DNA of 64,000 nucleotides from an uncultured Candidatus Bathyarchaeia archaeon (GTDB lineage: Archaea; Thermoproteota; Bathyarchaeia; Bathyarchaeales; Bathyarchaeaceae), in NCBI GenBank assembly GCA_964418675.1, contig CAYQMM010000002.1, positions 132,875 through 196,874 on the forward strand, written 5' to 3'. The translations under genes were made by a program, and so were the position numbers. Numbering within the stretch: position 1 is the first letter of the stretch; each line of letters opens with the position of its first letter. A model generated the notes under the pieces. It was not told the DNA's origin. It ran no database searches and was given only the letters and a program-made list of their open reading frames with translations. Shown piece by piece: positions 45,801 through 54,391 of this stretch.

Positions 45801-46978
45801 ATAAAAAATGCGTTACTGAAAGCGATCATCATGGCAAACCTGCTTGCTGCTCTAAAGACAGAAAAATGTGGGATATTGAACCATGCCCACACAAAGATGT
45901 TTCCATATGGAGGATTAGGACCCTTAGATAAAAATATGGAAATCAAACAGGCAACAATGAAGAACAGTGTATACCTATCTGTTTTAACGAAAACTGTCGC
46001 GTACGCAACCAAAAAAATGATAAACAAAATTAATGAAACCGGTATAATTTGGAGACCTATCCCGGAAGTAACATCAACAATCTGAAAATATCCCCATTGT
46101 TCAGAACCACGCAAAACAACTGCGTCAAACATATTGTTGTAGCTTATGCCAACAGTTTCCTCTAAGTCATAGCTAAATTCTGCTGAATAGAATGAGGCAC
46201 GGGCATTATTTAGGAATGGCATGATGTAGAAGGCTGATAAGAAAAGAAATATAGCTCCTGACAGCACCAGCACCTTCAGAACTCGTTTAGTTCGATTCCA
46301 GAAATGAAAACTGCTTTGTGGTGTTACAAGGTAGAAAACTGTGAACAGTGCTAAAAAAAGCATGTAAATGACAGCTGACAACGGGTTGAAGCCTGTTAAA
46401 CAGATTGATAGTACCACTGCAAATAGTGTTAGGTCTCTAAGTCGTCCATGCTTCAATGCTCGGGATAGCAACAAAAATAAAATGGGCGCAAGAGCGTAGC
46501 CAAAAAGTATCCCAAGGTGGCCTTCAGTATATTGTGTGAAAAGCCATCCGTTGAGAACATATACGAGGGAGGCCGAAAGGGCGGCTAGGTTTTTACGTGT
46601 GTAATGATAAGCAAAAGTGTAGATTGAAAAGCCAGCGAAGAGGAATGTGAAAAACATGAAAGTCTTCACTGTTGCTGCGCCGTTTTGACTTACAAAATTA
46701 ATCAGCATGAAGAAGAAATCTATCGAGTTTATTCCTTCAACAAAACCAAAAGAATAGGGTCGCCAAATGGTTAACCATCGAAAGTCGTGTCCATACATAT
46801 ATTCTCTAGCGACCCAGCCTAGCGTATCTCCTCCTCCAGGCCAACCGCCTGAAAAGATAAAATTACGAAAAATTATGAGTGCCAAGATGGTGATGATGCT
46901 AAAATCGATAATCGTCCGCCCGTATTTCGTGCAAGCAAGTTCTCTCCACCGCTTAACATTTGGCATCGCCGAATTCAC
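42878..46978 (-). CDS. 1366-aa polytopic GT-C-like membrane protein with extracytoplasmic region containing an F5/8 type C (discoidin) domain and a C-terminal TM anchor
   Basis: About 470 aa with many TM helices, then a large soluble region including NGNASASSAG...ANDGDIYTRWASKP...QWLQIEWQTPQELTGARIFFEQAYAQDYMLQTWNGTDW (discoidin pattern), and a final TM segment IVALIIVVALLLI. Confidence 0.65.
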   Translation of the reverse strand: MNSAMPNVKRWRELACTKYGRTIIDFSIITILALIIFRNFIFSGGWPGGGDTLGWVAREYMYGHDFRWLTIWRPYSFGFVEGINSIDFFFMLINFVSQNGAATVKTFMFFTFLFAGFSIYTFAYHYTRKNLAALSASLVYVLNGWLFTQYTEGHLGILFGYALAPILFLLLSRALKHGRLRDLTLFAVVLSICLTGFNPLSAVIYMLFLALFTVFYLVTPQSSFHFWNRTKRVLKVLVLSGAIFLFLSAFYIMPFLNNARASFYSAEFSYDLEETVGISYNNMFDAVVLRGSEQWGYFQIVDVTSGIGLQIIPVSLILFIIFLVAYATVFVKTDRYTLFFIVACLISIFLSKGPNPPYGNIFVWAWFNIPHFSVFRAASRFAMMIAFSNAFFISVLVAIVTNYISKTRSLHAKETHLETKGRISPPENFTVKQNFSFKSLNKALKQTKTFLHHFSILLLVFILLSGFFSCWFFLQNGLQVYKPPETFITPFEWIADQPQDFKIVTATRSPPEWELVPNALTDFGSGGMLTSIGWGHDIGFDSSFIHDKPVLQDGGHTFKSRQFVSYLRFGVGRNYLSDQLLKLLGTFDYKYVVLPEYASENIKSFFINQEGAEVVYNQSGSIILENDFHNARIFGATSHVLVVGGIKSFFTALQTGSLDLSRNAFIFADQLEDHSFFEEPVLESSGTILFDDSDLLDLVMLSSEDMNVMRAEQYALPTRNYTGYWGKAAPWEDFGVLALGRNTLATTGNNRVNIPFEVADGGDYEIMIRVGFSNNRGNLTVHIDGIPIERVTPHADSWTRLKWVDLGSINLEKGKHEIILTNDGKGFNDIDAISVVKSSILENQINQVLNDLQNYPGRIVQILSALHTFSQDIPSGWYLIQVPYQGDVLESESPSTFLTSNTKILREGRYMFTISLAQGPNQGIPKLQVDDKTVTLRQLSSSPEAEVYEGGPLYLNASNHLIEVGGSGKIDFNQMIIYSLEDEEESVSLDNFRPYVGELGWNIAPNGNASASSAGVWGNITLGANGANDGDIYTRWASKPHDPMPQWLQIEWQTPQELTGARIFFEQAYAQDYMLQTWNGTDWIDQVSVNGNTKRDNTHIFEEPVKTDKLRILVTSTVPLYDLVSIWELEAYTQSIFSSKVFIPQEGYYRVGFQLTFGPDYGTLNLSINNQTTTVPCYSSNAEIKHVEVGPFYLPSGEQNVTISATGTVEFNGMAMTLNDEGDFGFLDDLFEAESGPNVSYEMINSGKYEAHVENSNEPFLLILSESYHPLWKAYIDGEEISPIPVYSIVNGFYINKTGNFDVTIYFTGQTYTDIGLKITIVALIIVVALLLIPSKKLKHWRKYAKQKILRENASSHLSKAKGGQL

Positions 46979-47112
46979 CTTGGCTAATTACGGTACTAGG
47001 ACGTTAAAATCTTTATTTGCTTTAGCTCTTTGCATACTTAAGCCTTCAATTTTGGCCTTTGAAATAGCACCAAAAGACGGTTGGGCAATAGCTTAATTTT
47101 TTCGATTGCATC

Positions 47113-47910
47113 TTATTGGTCGGATGTCTCCTTTTGAATAACCATCGTTAGACCATGGCCAAGCTGTTTTAATATTTTTGTGTTTGTAAGTATGAAGTAG
47201 CCTGTTTTGCAGATTTCTCTTATGAGTCTTGACTTTTCTAGTTTTGTTAGGATAGTCGGAACAAAGCTCCATGTTCTTTTGTATGCCACGCTGTATCCTT
47301 TTTTCTTATATGTTAGTTCTAGCTTTTTGGGGTCAAATCTGACTTCGGTTATTCCGCTTGCCTCTCCTACGTTCAGACGAGCCGAGAATATTCTTTTGAA
47401 CGCTTTAAGCACTAACTCGGGCATAATCATTTTTGCGGGTTCATCTCCAAGTGTGAAGGATTTCGAAACCCTGAGAGCCTCGTGGATGACAGCTTCGGGA
47501 GAAGGAAAGTGATGCAGGGATTGATAGGCAATGGAACAATCAAAAACGTTGTCTCTAAATGGTAGGTGCTCTCCATCAGCGCATATAAAATCGGCTTCAA
47601 ACTTTCTTTGGTGGGCTCTCATTTTTGAAACTTTAAGAAAAATGGGAGATGAATCAATGCCAATGGGGAACCCGCCTTCCAGAGATGCCCACTCATCGAG
47701 CCAACCGCTCCCGCATCCAATGTCCAAAATTTTCTGTTCTTTCATGCCGCCTACTAATTTTGTGATTGTTTCGAAATTCTGTCTATAGAGGAATGTCCAT
47801 AAGACGCCGTATGAGTAAGGTTTGTTCAGCTCTTTCATAAACGTCTTATCGCTTGAAAGAACCTCTTTCCAAGAATTTCTCTCCTTCTGCTTCCATCTAA
47901 TAGCTGTCAT
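47113..47910 (-). CDS. class I SAM-dependent methyltransferase
   Basis: ILDIGCGSGW motif I, and ADGEHLPFRDNVFD. Confidence 0.8.
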   Translation of the reverse strand: MTAIRWKQKERNSWKEVLSSDKTFMKELNKPYSYGVLWTFLYRQNFETITKLVGGMKEQKILDIGCGSGWLDEWASLEGGFPIGIDSSPIFLKVSKMRAHQRKFEADFICADGEHLPFRDNVFDCSIAYQSLHHFPSPEAVIHEALRVSKSFTLGDEPAKMIMPELVLKAFKRIFSARLNVGEASGITEVRFDPKKLELTYKKKGYSVAYKRTWSFVPTILTKLEKSRLIREICKTGYFILTNTKILKQLGHGLTMVIQKETSDQ

Positions 47911-48423
47911 TAAAGGGCCTCAGTAGGTTTTGCAGTCATTTCAGTCATTCCGCATTTTTAAGTATTAGAGAGCGTTTCCCGTGGCGGTATCTGTTCCATG
48001 GGTGCCGAAGTACATTTCTTTCTGGTGGTCTGGTAGTAGTTGAGCCTCTTTCTCGTAATATTTCCTAATTTCCATTTTCGTTTGTCCACAAATTTTACTC
48101 TTCTTCACTTCTGCTGATTAATAGTTTCCCCCCCATGATTATCTTGATGAGTGTTTAAATGGCGTGTTTTTTGTGGATTTTGGAGTCTTTATTTGGTGTT
48201 TTTGTTTGAAAGAGTTTGTGTCTGTGTTTTGATTATGTGATATTTATCTGGTGGGATTATTGATGATTAAATGATTTACGTCTGCGTGTGTGCATTTTAT
48301 TCAGGAAAGTGAGAAAGGTGTTGTATGGATGTGGAATATAAATATAGAATACACCTACATATAGCGTAAACTTTTTAAGCTTATCCCCATGAACTTTAGA
48401 AGGCGAAAAAACTATAAAAGAAG

Positions 48424-51400
48424 TTGAGTAAGAAAATGAATCGAAAAAAGCTAATGATGATTTTGGCGACGACAACATTTATGGTAATACTATTAGTTCC
48501 TATGCTGGTTTCTCAGTTAGCAATTGCTGCAACCTATAATGCGGATAATATGGTTGTTGATGGCGTATTAGCATCTGACACTTATGTGCTCTATCCATAT
48601 GAGAAAAATAATCTGATAATTGGCTTCTCCAAGTATGGGGAGCTGATAAACGGTGAAGCAAAGCAGGGCTTGGAGTATAATGGTCTTGATGTGTTCGCGA
48701 ACCCCAATGTGCTTGAGAAGGACTGGAGTCAAGGATGGCTAATTGACATCCACTACGCTGATTTGGCAAATACCTACAAACGTGCATGGGCCTACGCGCT
48801 GTACACTGACCTTTCTGGGGCCAGTGGCATTGGCGGACCTTGGCGAGAAGGAGTTACCAACGGGCCGCTCGGAACACCTTATGGTGGCCGAAAGACGAAC
48901 GTGTGGGCAACCACAGACGACATTAAGGTTCTGTATGATGGTCCTCGACGCTTCGTTGCTTTAACGAGAACCGTCATATACGACAATGCAGACAAGACAT
49001 CTGATGATGCACTGGTTAGCGTAACGATAACGTTTGTGTTCGACAAGGTCAAGAAATGTGTAATCCTTTACAAAGACATAAAGAGGCTGGATGAAGGAAA
49101 GTTCGGTAGAACGTTCCAAGTTGAATTCAGCAACCGCGGAGAATGGGATATTGGTACCACAGCGGCACCACCCAGCTTCGCCCACTTCTACGACAATCTA
49201 TCGACAGTCTACGACGGTGAATACCACGAGTTCTATAACACCACTGATTCTCTTGGATACGACGTTGCTCAGATGATATCTCAGAATGGAGCATACGTCG
49301 GGTTCGCTGCGTTCTGGCCACCGCTGTTCGGAAAACTGGTGGACGGGACCACCCACATAACCAGAAGCACAATACTAACTTCGCTGACCACGGTAGAGAG
49401 AACTGACACATGGAGTCATCTTGACTCTGGCGACGATGCGATAATGGAAGACTTCAACACTTTGGGCTATCCTACTTCAGATCCTTATCCAATAGGACTT
49501 GGAGTTGTTAGCGATGAACCAATGGTATTCATGAACAACATCTTGCTAACAGGCGGCGGTGTGGATTACACATGGGTTGGCGGAAGCACTGACCAGATTA
49601 CCTTCACCGTTGAGCCTATGACCACCGACGTTATTACAGTGGTATACAAGCACACAGTGAATCCTGGCGTCGACGACTTGATAAGTCACGCTGGCCATGA
49701 GCCGGATACGCCCTACGTTATCGGTGAGTGGGCCTTCGATCTTAAGAACGAAGACCACAAGAGAATGTTTAGGGCAGTGACCGTTTACGGGCTAGTGAGC
49801 AGGCATAATGGAGACGACAACGACACTACTGCTACCCAAACTTGGTCACTTGGCAGCAATACAATAGACAAAGAAGTTCAGTATTATCTGGACGAAACCT
49901 TCAACCCCTACGACCTCAAGCAAGCAGTTCACAAGGAAACAAGACGATGGGTATACATAAGCGACTTAGCAGTTGCAACAACCTCAATTGCACTGCCACA
50001 AGTGCCTGTGATCAAGCCAACTTGGGACGCATACAACACATTTGCTGAAAGAGTGCTGATTAATGGAGTTCTGCAAAAACCATACCGGGCAGACCCCATT
50101 TTCTATGGCTACACTCTCACCGTGAACTCCGCAACTGGTGTGGGCACAATAACATTCAAAACTACGCAAGCTCCAGGAACCCACGTGAAGATACTGTACT
50201 CCACTCTACCCTCATGGGGCAACACTTGGAATGTGGAATTCCCTGAAACGATACTGACTAACGATGGCGTCACCGACCCAGCAACCGCTACTAACACTAC
50301 AACATACATTGGCTCCTTAAAGACAGCAGCGGACCCGTTGGGTCTAGTCTTGGGCGCCGACTTCGATATTGAGCTCAATGTGACGGGAATTGCTGCTTCA
50401 GCTAACAACTTCACCGAAACAATTTTTGTAAACTTAGATCCTGAAATCTATGACTTCAAAGTGGTTTATGATTTGGATCCAACCACTGACTTTACCACCG
50501 ACGAAGAGATAAATTTCGTGGAAACCATCACTGAGACAGGCACTAACATCACGGCAGAATTGATACCAACCGGCTACCTCAGATGGAACGCAACTGCCAC
50601 TCACGAGAATACATTCGTCGACCATCTTGACGTCCAACTAGGACTAAACGTCACTACCGTATATGAAAACGTCACAGACTGGTTCAACACAACGATCACA
50701 CCTACAGTGTATATTGACTATTGGGCACACCAAGAGGGACAGTACGAGTGGATGGTGGTTGGCACAGACGCTGCCACCATAGACTCTGCAGGCGCAGCTT
50801 ACATGACCCAAGCCTTCGACTCAAAGAAACAAATACATGTCCGAATGACAGGTTTGGACATTAGAGACACAGCCTTTGCACCAAACGCTCCCTACGTAAT
50901 GGCTAATGCAACAACAAACGACAAGGACGACTACTACTACGACTACCCAACTGACATGAGGTTGAGCCTAAAGGACGACTGGTGCACATCCAACCCAATA
51001 ACCAGCAGCAACATGCTCTTCGCAGGAGGACCACGCGCTAACCGAGGAACAGAATACTTCAACGATTTCACCATGGCACCCTACGCATCTGGTGAATGGG
51101 TCCACGATGACATTGGACAAAAGAACAATATCTTTGCCGTGTCCTGCTGGGATAGACACGCTTACGGCGAAGGATACGCAGCCATATCTGTCTACGAAGA
51201 CCTCAACGGAACCATAGGCTTCCTAATCTGGGGTGTAAGTGGACAAGACACATACTACGCAACTAAATGGTTCTGGGATTCCGGAATCTACTACCTACAA
51301 ACAGAGAACAGCGGCGTCACCGACATAATACTACATATCACCTATCCACCAACCGATCCAATACACCCAACATTCACCGTAGTCGAACGCTTAGGCACAA

Positions 51401-51450
51401 TCAGCGAAAAACCACAACACGACTGCCCACCTGAAGAAATTCCAGTCTAG
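48424..51450 (+). CDS. secreted 1008-aa surface protein, candidate S-layer glycoprotein
   Basis: Signal-peptide-like N-terminus (KKLMMILATTTFMVILLVPMLVSQLAIAA), no other TM segment, and Thr/Asn/Asp/Tyr-rich beta-type composition. It carries 13 N-x-S/T sequons by my count, has a long AT-rich upstream region and a strong oligo-T tract downstream, and is embedded in glycosylation genes. Confidence 0.5.
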   Translation: MSKKMNRKKLMMILATTTFMVILLVPMLVSQLAIAATYNADNMVVDGVLASDTYVLYPYEKNNLIIGFSKYGELINGEAKQGLEYNGLDVFANPNVLEKDWSQGWLIDIHYADLANTYKRAWAYALYTDLSGASGIGGPWREGVTNGPLGTPYGGRKTNVWATTDDIKVLYDGPRRFVALTRTVIYDNADKTSDDALVSVTITFVFDKVKKCVILYKDIKRLDEGKFGRTFQVEFSNRGEWDIGTTAAPPSFAHFYDNLSTVYDGEYHEFYNTTDSLGYDVAQMISQNGAYVGFAAFWPPLFGKLVDGTTHITRSTILTSLTTVERTDTWSHLDSGDDAIMEDFNTLGYPTSDPYPIGLGVVSDEPMVFMNNILLTGGGVDYTWVGGSTDQITFTVEPMTTDVITVVYKHTVNPGVDDLISHAGHEPDTPYVIGEWAFDLKNEDHKRMFRAVTVYGLVSRHNGDDNDTTATQTWSLGSNTIDKEVQYYLDETFNPYDLKQAVHKETRRWVYISDLAVATTSIALPQVPVIKPTWDAYNTFAERVLINGVLQKPYRADPIFYGYTLTVNSATGVGTITFKTTQAPGTHVKILYSTLPSWGNTWNVEFPETILTNDGVTDPATATNTTTYIGSLKTAADPLGLVLGADFDIELNVTGIAASANNFTETIFVNLDPEIYDFKVVYDLDPTTDFTTDEEINFVETITETGTNITAELIPTGYLRWNATATHENTFVDHLDVQLGLNVTTVYENVTDWFNTTITPTVYIDYWAHQEGQYEWMVVGTDAATIDSAGAAYMTQAFDSKKQIHVRMTGLDIRDTAFAPNAPYVMANATTNDKDDYYYDYPTDMRLSLKDDWCTSNPITSSNMLFAGGPRANRGTEYFNDFTMAPYASGEWVHDDIGQKNNIFAVSCWDRHAYGEGYAAISVYEDLNGTIGFLIWGVSGQDTYYATKWFWDSGIYYLQTENSGVTDIILHITYPPTDPIHPTFTVVERLGTISEKPQHDCPPEEIPV

Positions 51451-51480
51451 AAGCCGACATCAAGTCGCAAAAACTCCCCC

Positions 51481-51493
51481 TTTTCTTTTTTTT
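51481..51493 (+). terminator. oligo-T tract (TTTTCTTTTTTTT)
   Basis: Begins 30 nt after the stop codon of the surface protein gene. Confidence 0.5.
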
Positions 51494-51649
51494 ATTTATT
51501 AAGCACCTTATTCTAGCAAGTTTCTTCTCACCTTACCTGCAGGGTGAAGGAATCACAGATTTATGCTATTTTTATAAATAAACTAATTTTAGGTAGTAGT
51601 ACCAACGTGGCTTGGCAAAAGTAACCAGAGTAGAAAGGGTGTTCACCAA

Positions 51650-52804
51650 ATGATCAACATACTGGTCCCCTCAGCGTCCCATCTCCTAACAGACCACCTC
51701 CTATCCAGCGAAGGAATCACATGCTACAACCTCTTCCAAAAGCTAGAAAAATTCGGCTATCACTTCGAAGCAATCTCAGCCCAAGTCCAAATAAAAAAAC
51801 CCCTAAACAACACAACACTGCACCAAACAGGCTCCTTCGAAACATCGCCAACCATGAATCCCGTCAAGAAATACCTCAATCACATGGAGTATCTAATCCG
51901 CAGCTACCGTAAGTCTATAGAAATCCTGCAAAAACAAAAAATTGACATAATACACCACATGCTACCCGCAGTTTACAACCAAACCTTCAATCTTCTCGCA
52001 ATCCTCAGAAAAAACAGGCAACCCTTTGTCTTCGGTCCCATATCAGCCCACATCTACCCAAGACCCCTAGACGAGAAAATGCTGTCGAAGATAACTGCTA
52101 AACTTCACAAAAAAACAATTCAAAAGTGCGACAGGCTAATAGCAATCACAAATCAAGTAAAAATGCTATACTCAAAGTTCATCGATGAAGAGAAATTATG
52201 CACCATACCCTTTGGAGTAGACACAGAACTTTTCAAGCCCTCCCAAAAAAGCTTCCAGAAAAAAAGTCCTGAAATACTCTTCGCGGGCTACCTCTACAAA
52301 CTAAAGGGAGCTGAATACCTACTAAAAGCCACACAATCTGTAGCGAAAAAACGCAAAAACGTAAAACTTAGAGTAGTCGGCGACGGACCCGAAAAACTGC
52401 ATCTCATGAAATTAACCGAAGCCCTGAAAATAAAAGACAACGTAATCTTCGAAGGTTTAGTGCCGCATACAGAGATTCCCAAATATTACCAGCAATGCGA
52501 CATCTTCTGCTTCCCAACCCTCGGAGAACCCTTCGGAAAAGCCATAATAGAAGCCATGGCATGCGCAAAACCAGTCATCGCATCCAACATCGGAGGACCA
52601 GCAGAAATAATTCAAAACCAAGAAAATGGGCTGCTCGTGCCTCCGGCACAACCTGAAATTCTCGCCACAAAAATTCTAGACTTGCTAGATGATGAAGCTA
52701 AAATGAGGAAGATGGGAACAAACGCAAGAAAAACCGTTATGGAGAAATATTCTTGGGAAAAAATAGGGGAAATGTATCACAGCCTCTATAAAACTCTCAC
52801 GTAA
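51650..52804 (+). CDS. GT4 family glycosyltransferase
   Basis: CFPTLGEPFGKAIIEAMACAKPVIASNIGGPAEIIQNQENGLLV is the GT4 E-x7-E region. Confidence 0.85.
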   Translation: MINILVPSASHLLTDHLLSSEGITCYNLFQKLEKFGYHFEAISAQVQIKKPLNNTTLHQTGSFETSPTMNPVKKYLNHMEYLIRSYRKSIEILQKQKIDIIHHMLPAVYNQTFNLLAILRKNRQPFVFGPISAHIYPRPLDEKMLSKITAKLHKKTIQKCDRLIAITNQVKMLYSKFIDEEKLCTIPFGVDTELFKPSQKSFQKKSPEILFAGYLYKLKGAEYLLKATQSVAKKRKNVKLRVVGDGPEKLHLMKLTEALKIKDNVIFEGLVPHTEIPKYYQQCDIFCFPTLGEPFGKAIIEAMACAKPVIASNIGGPAEIIQNQENGLLVPPAQPEILATKILDLLDDEAKMRKMGTNARKTVMEKYSWEKIGEMYHSLYKTLT

Positions 52805-52805
52805 C

Positions 52806-54290
52806 TTATCCTTTCACGACGCCTATCGGAACCAACCGGACAACACGGGTCGCTATCCCCACCTTATCGCTCACATCCACCACCATATCCACATCCTTAT
52901 ACGCCGGATCAGCCTCCTCAGCAAGAACAACCGAACTAGCAGCTCTAACAACGATTCCCCGCCTCTCCAAAGCCTCCTTCACATCTCCCCCCCAGAACCT
53001 TCTCTTCGCAGCCGACCGACTCATCACACGACCAGCCCCATGAGCCGTAGAACCAAAAGAAACCTCCATAGCCTTACTCGTCCCCACCAATAACCATGAA
53101 CTCGTACCCATGCTCCCAGGAATAATAACAGGCTGCCCCACAGACCGATAATCATCTGGAACATCTCTATGGCCAGGCGGAAAGCATCGCGTAGCCCCCT
53201 TCCTATGAATCCAAACTTTAGCTCGCTTTCCATTCACCAAATGCTCTTCCATCTTGGCAATGTTATGGGCAACATCATAAACTAAATCCAAACCAAAATC
53301 TTCTGATGGCCTCTTTAAAACCTCTTCGAAGCTCTGGCGAACCCAATGAGTAATCACCTGACGATTGACAAAAGCGTAGTTGACGGCACAAGCCATAGCC
53401 TGATAGTAGTCTTGAGCCTCATCGCTTGTGGCTGGTGCACATGCAAGTTCTCGATCAGGAAGCGAAATATTGTATTTATGAACAGCCCGTTCCATGACAC
53501 GAAGATAGTCCGAGCAGGTCTGATGTCCGAATCCGCGGGAACCACAGTGAATCAGGACAGTAACTTGCCCCTCATGGGTAACGCCGAAAGCTTTAGCCAC
53601 TTTTTGATCGTAAATTTTGTCAACCTTCCCGATCTCTAGGAAATGGTTTCCAGAACCCAGGGTTCCGCTTTGAGGAAGCCCCCGTCCCTTGGCTCTGGAT
53701 GAAACCTTGTCCGGATTGGCGCCTTTCATCTGCCCCCCCTCCTCGCAGTGTTTGGCGTCTTCGGGTCGCCCTAACCCCTTTTTCACTGCCCATGGTACGC
53801 CTTCCGTAATCAGCTGTTCAAGTTCATGCAGGTTAAGGCGGAAGTCTTTGCGGCGGCTGCCGAGTCCACTGGGAACGTTCCTGAATATGGTGGTGGTGAG
53901 GGCGGCAAGGTGGGGTCGAACATCACTCTCCGAAAGGTTTGTGGTTAGAAGACGGACCCCACAGTTGATGTCGTAGCCCACTCCCCCCGGGCTTATAACC
54001 CCCTCCTCATAGTCTGTAGCCGCAACCCCGCCTATGGGAAAACCGTATCCTTCATGCCCGTCGGGTAATGTAACCGCATACTTGTAAATGCCCGGTAAGT
54101 GCGCGACGTTGGCGCACTGTTCGAGAGTTCGATCCGTTTTTATCTTTTCTATGAGCTGGTCATCGGCAAAGACTATGCCGGGAACGCGCATGCCTGACTT
54201 GTAGCTTGTGGGTATGCGCCAGCTGTAATCATCGATTTTCTCGAGGGGAACTGATGATGGTTGCCCTCGGAATCTTCCTTGCCTACTCAC
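52806..54290 (-). CDS. rtcB: RNA-splicing ligase RtcB
   Basis: LPDGHEGYGFPIGGV, GYDINCGVR, GSGNHFLE, HCGSRGFGHQ and HGAGR, with full length of 494 aa and no intein. Confidence 0.95.
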   Translation of the reverse strand: MSRQGRFRGQPSSVPLEKIDDYSWRIPTSYKSGMRVPGIVFADDQLIEKIKTDRTLEQCANVAHLPGIYKYAVTLPDGHEGYGFPIGGVAATDYEEGVISPGGVGYDINCGVRLLTTNLSESDVRPHLAALTTTIFRNVPSGLGSRRKDFRLNLHELEQLITEGVPWAVKKGLGRPEDAKHCEEGGQMKGANPDKVSSRAKGRGLPQSGTLGSGNHFLEIGKVDKIYDQKVAKAFGVTHEGQVTVLIHCGSRGFGHQTCSDYLRVMERAVHKYNISLPDRELACAPATSDEAQDYYQAMACAVNYAFVNRQVITHWVRQSFEEVLKRPSEDFGLDLVYDVAHNIAKMEEHLVNGKRAKVWIHRKGATRCFPPGHRDVPDDYRSVGQPVIIPGSMGTSSWLLVGTSKAMEVSFGSTAHGAGRVMSRSAAKRRFWGGDVKEALERRGIVVRAASSVVLAEEADPAYKDVDMVVDVSDKVGIATRVVRLVPIGVVKG

Positions 54291-54391
54291 AAAATCACCT
54301 TTAACTAAGACTTACGCAGGGAACTTATAAATTATGAGTGGCACATCATATGCCCTGCTAGCCTTATTCTCTAGTGCCCCACAAAATAATT

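Noticed and set aside
47965-48075. 36-aa minus-strand ORF (MEIRKYYEKEAQLLPDHQKEMYFGTHGTDTATGNAL) upstream of the methyltransferase gene.
   Set aside because: It is short and separated from the methyltransferase ORF by in-frame stops, and there is no supporting signal. It may be a remnant of a methyltransferase N-terminus but cannot be supported.
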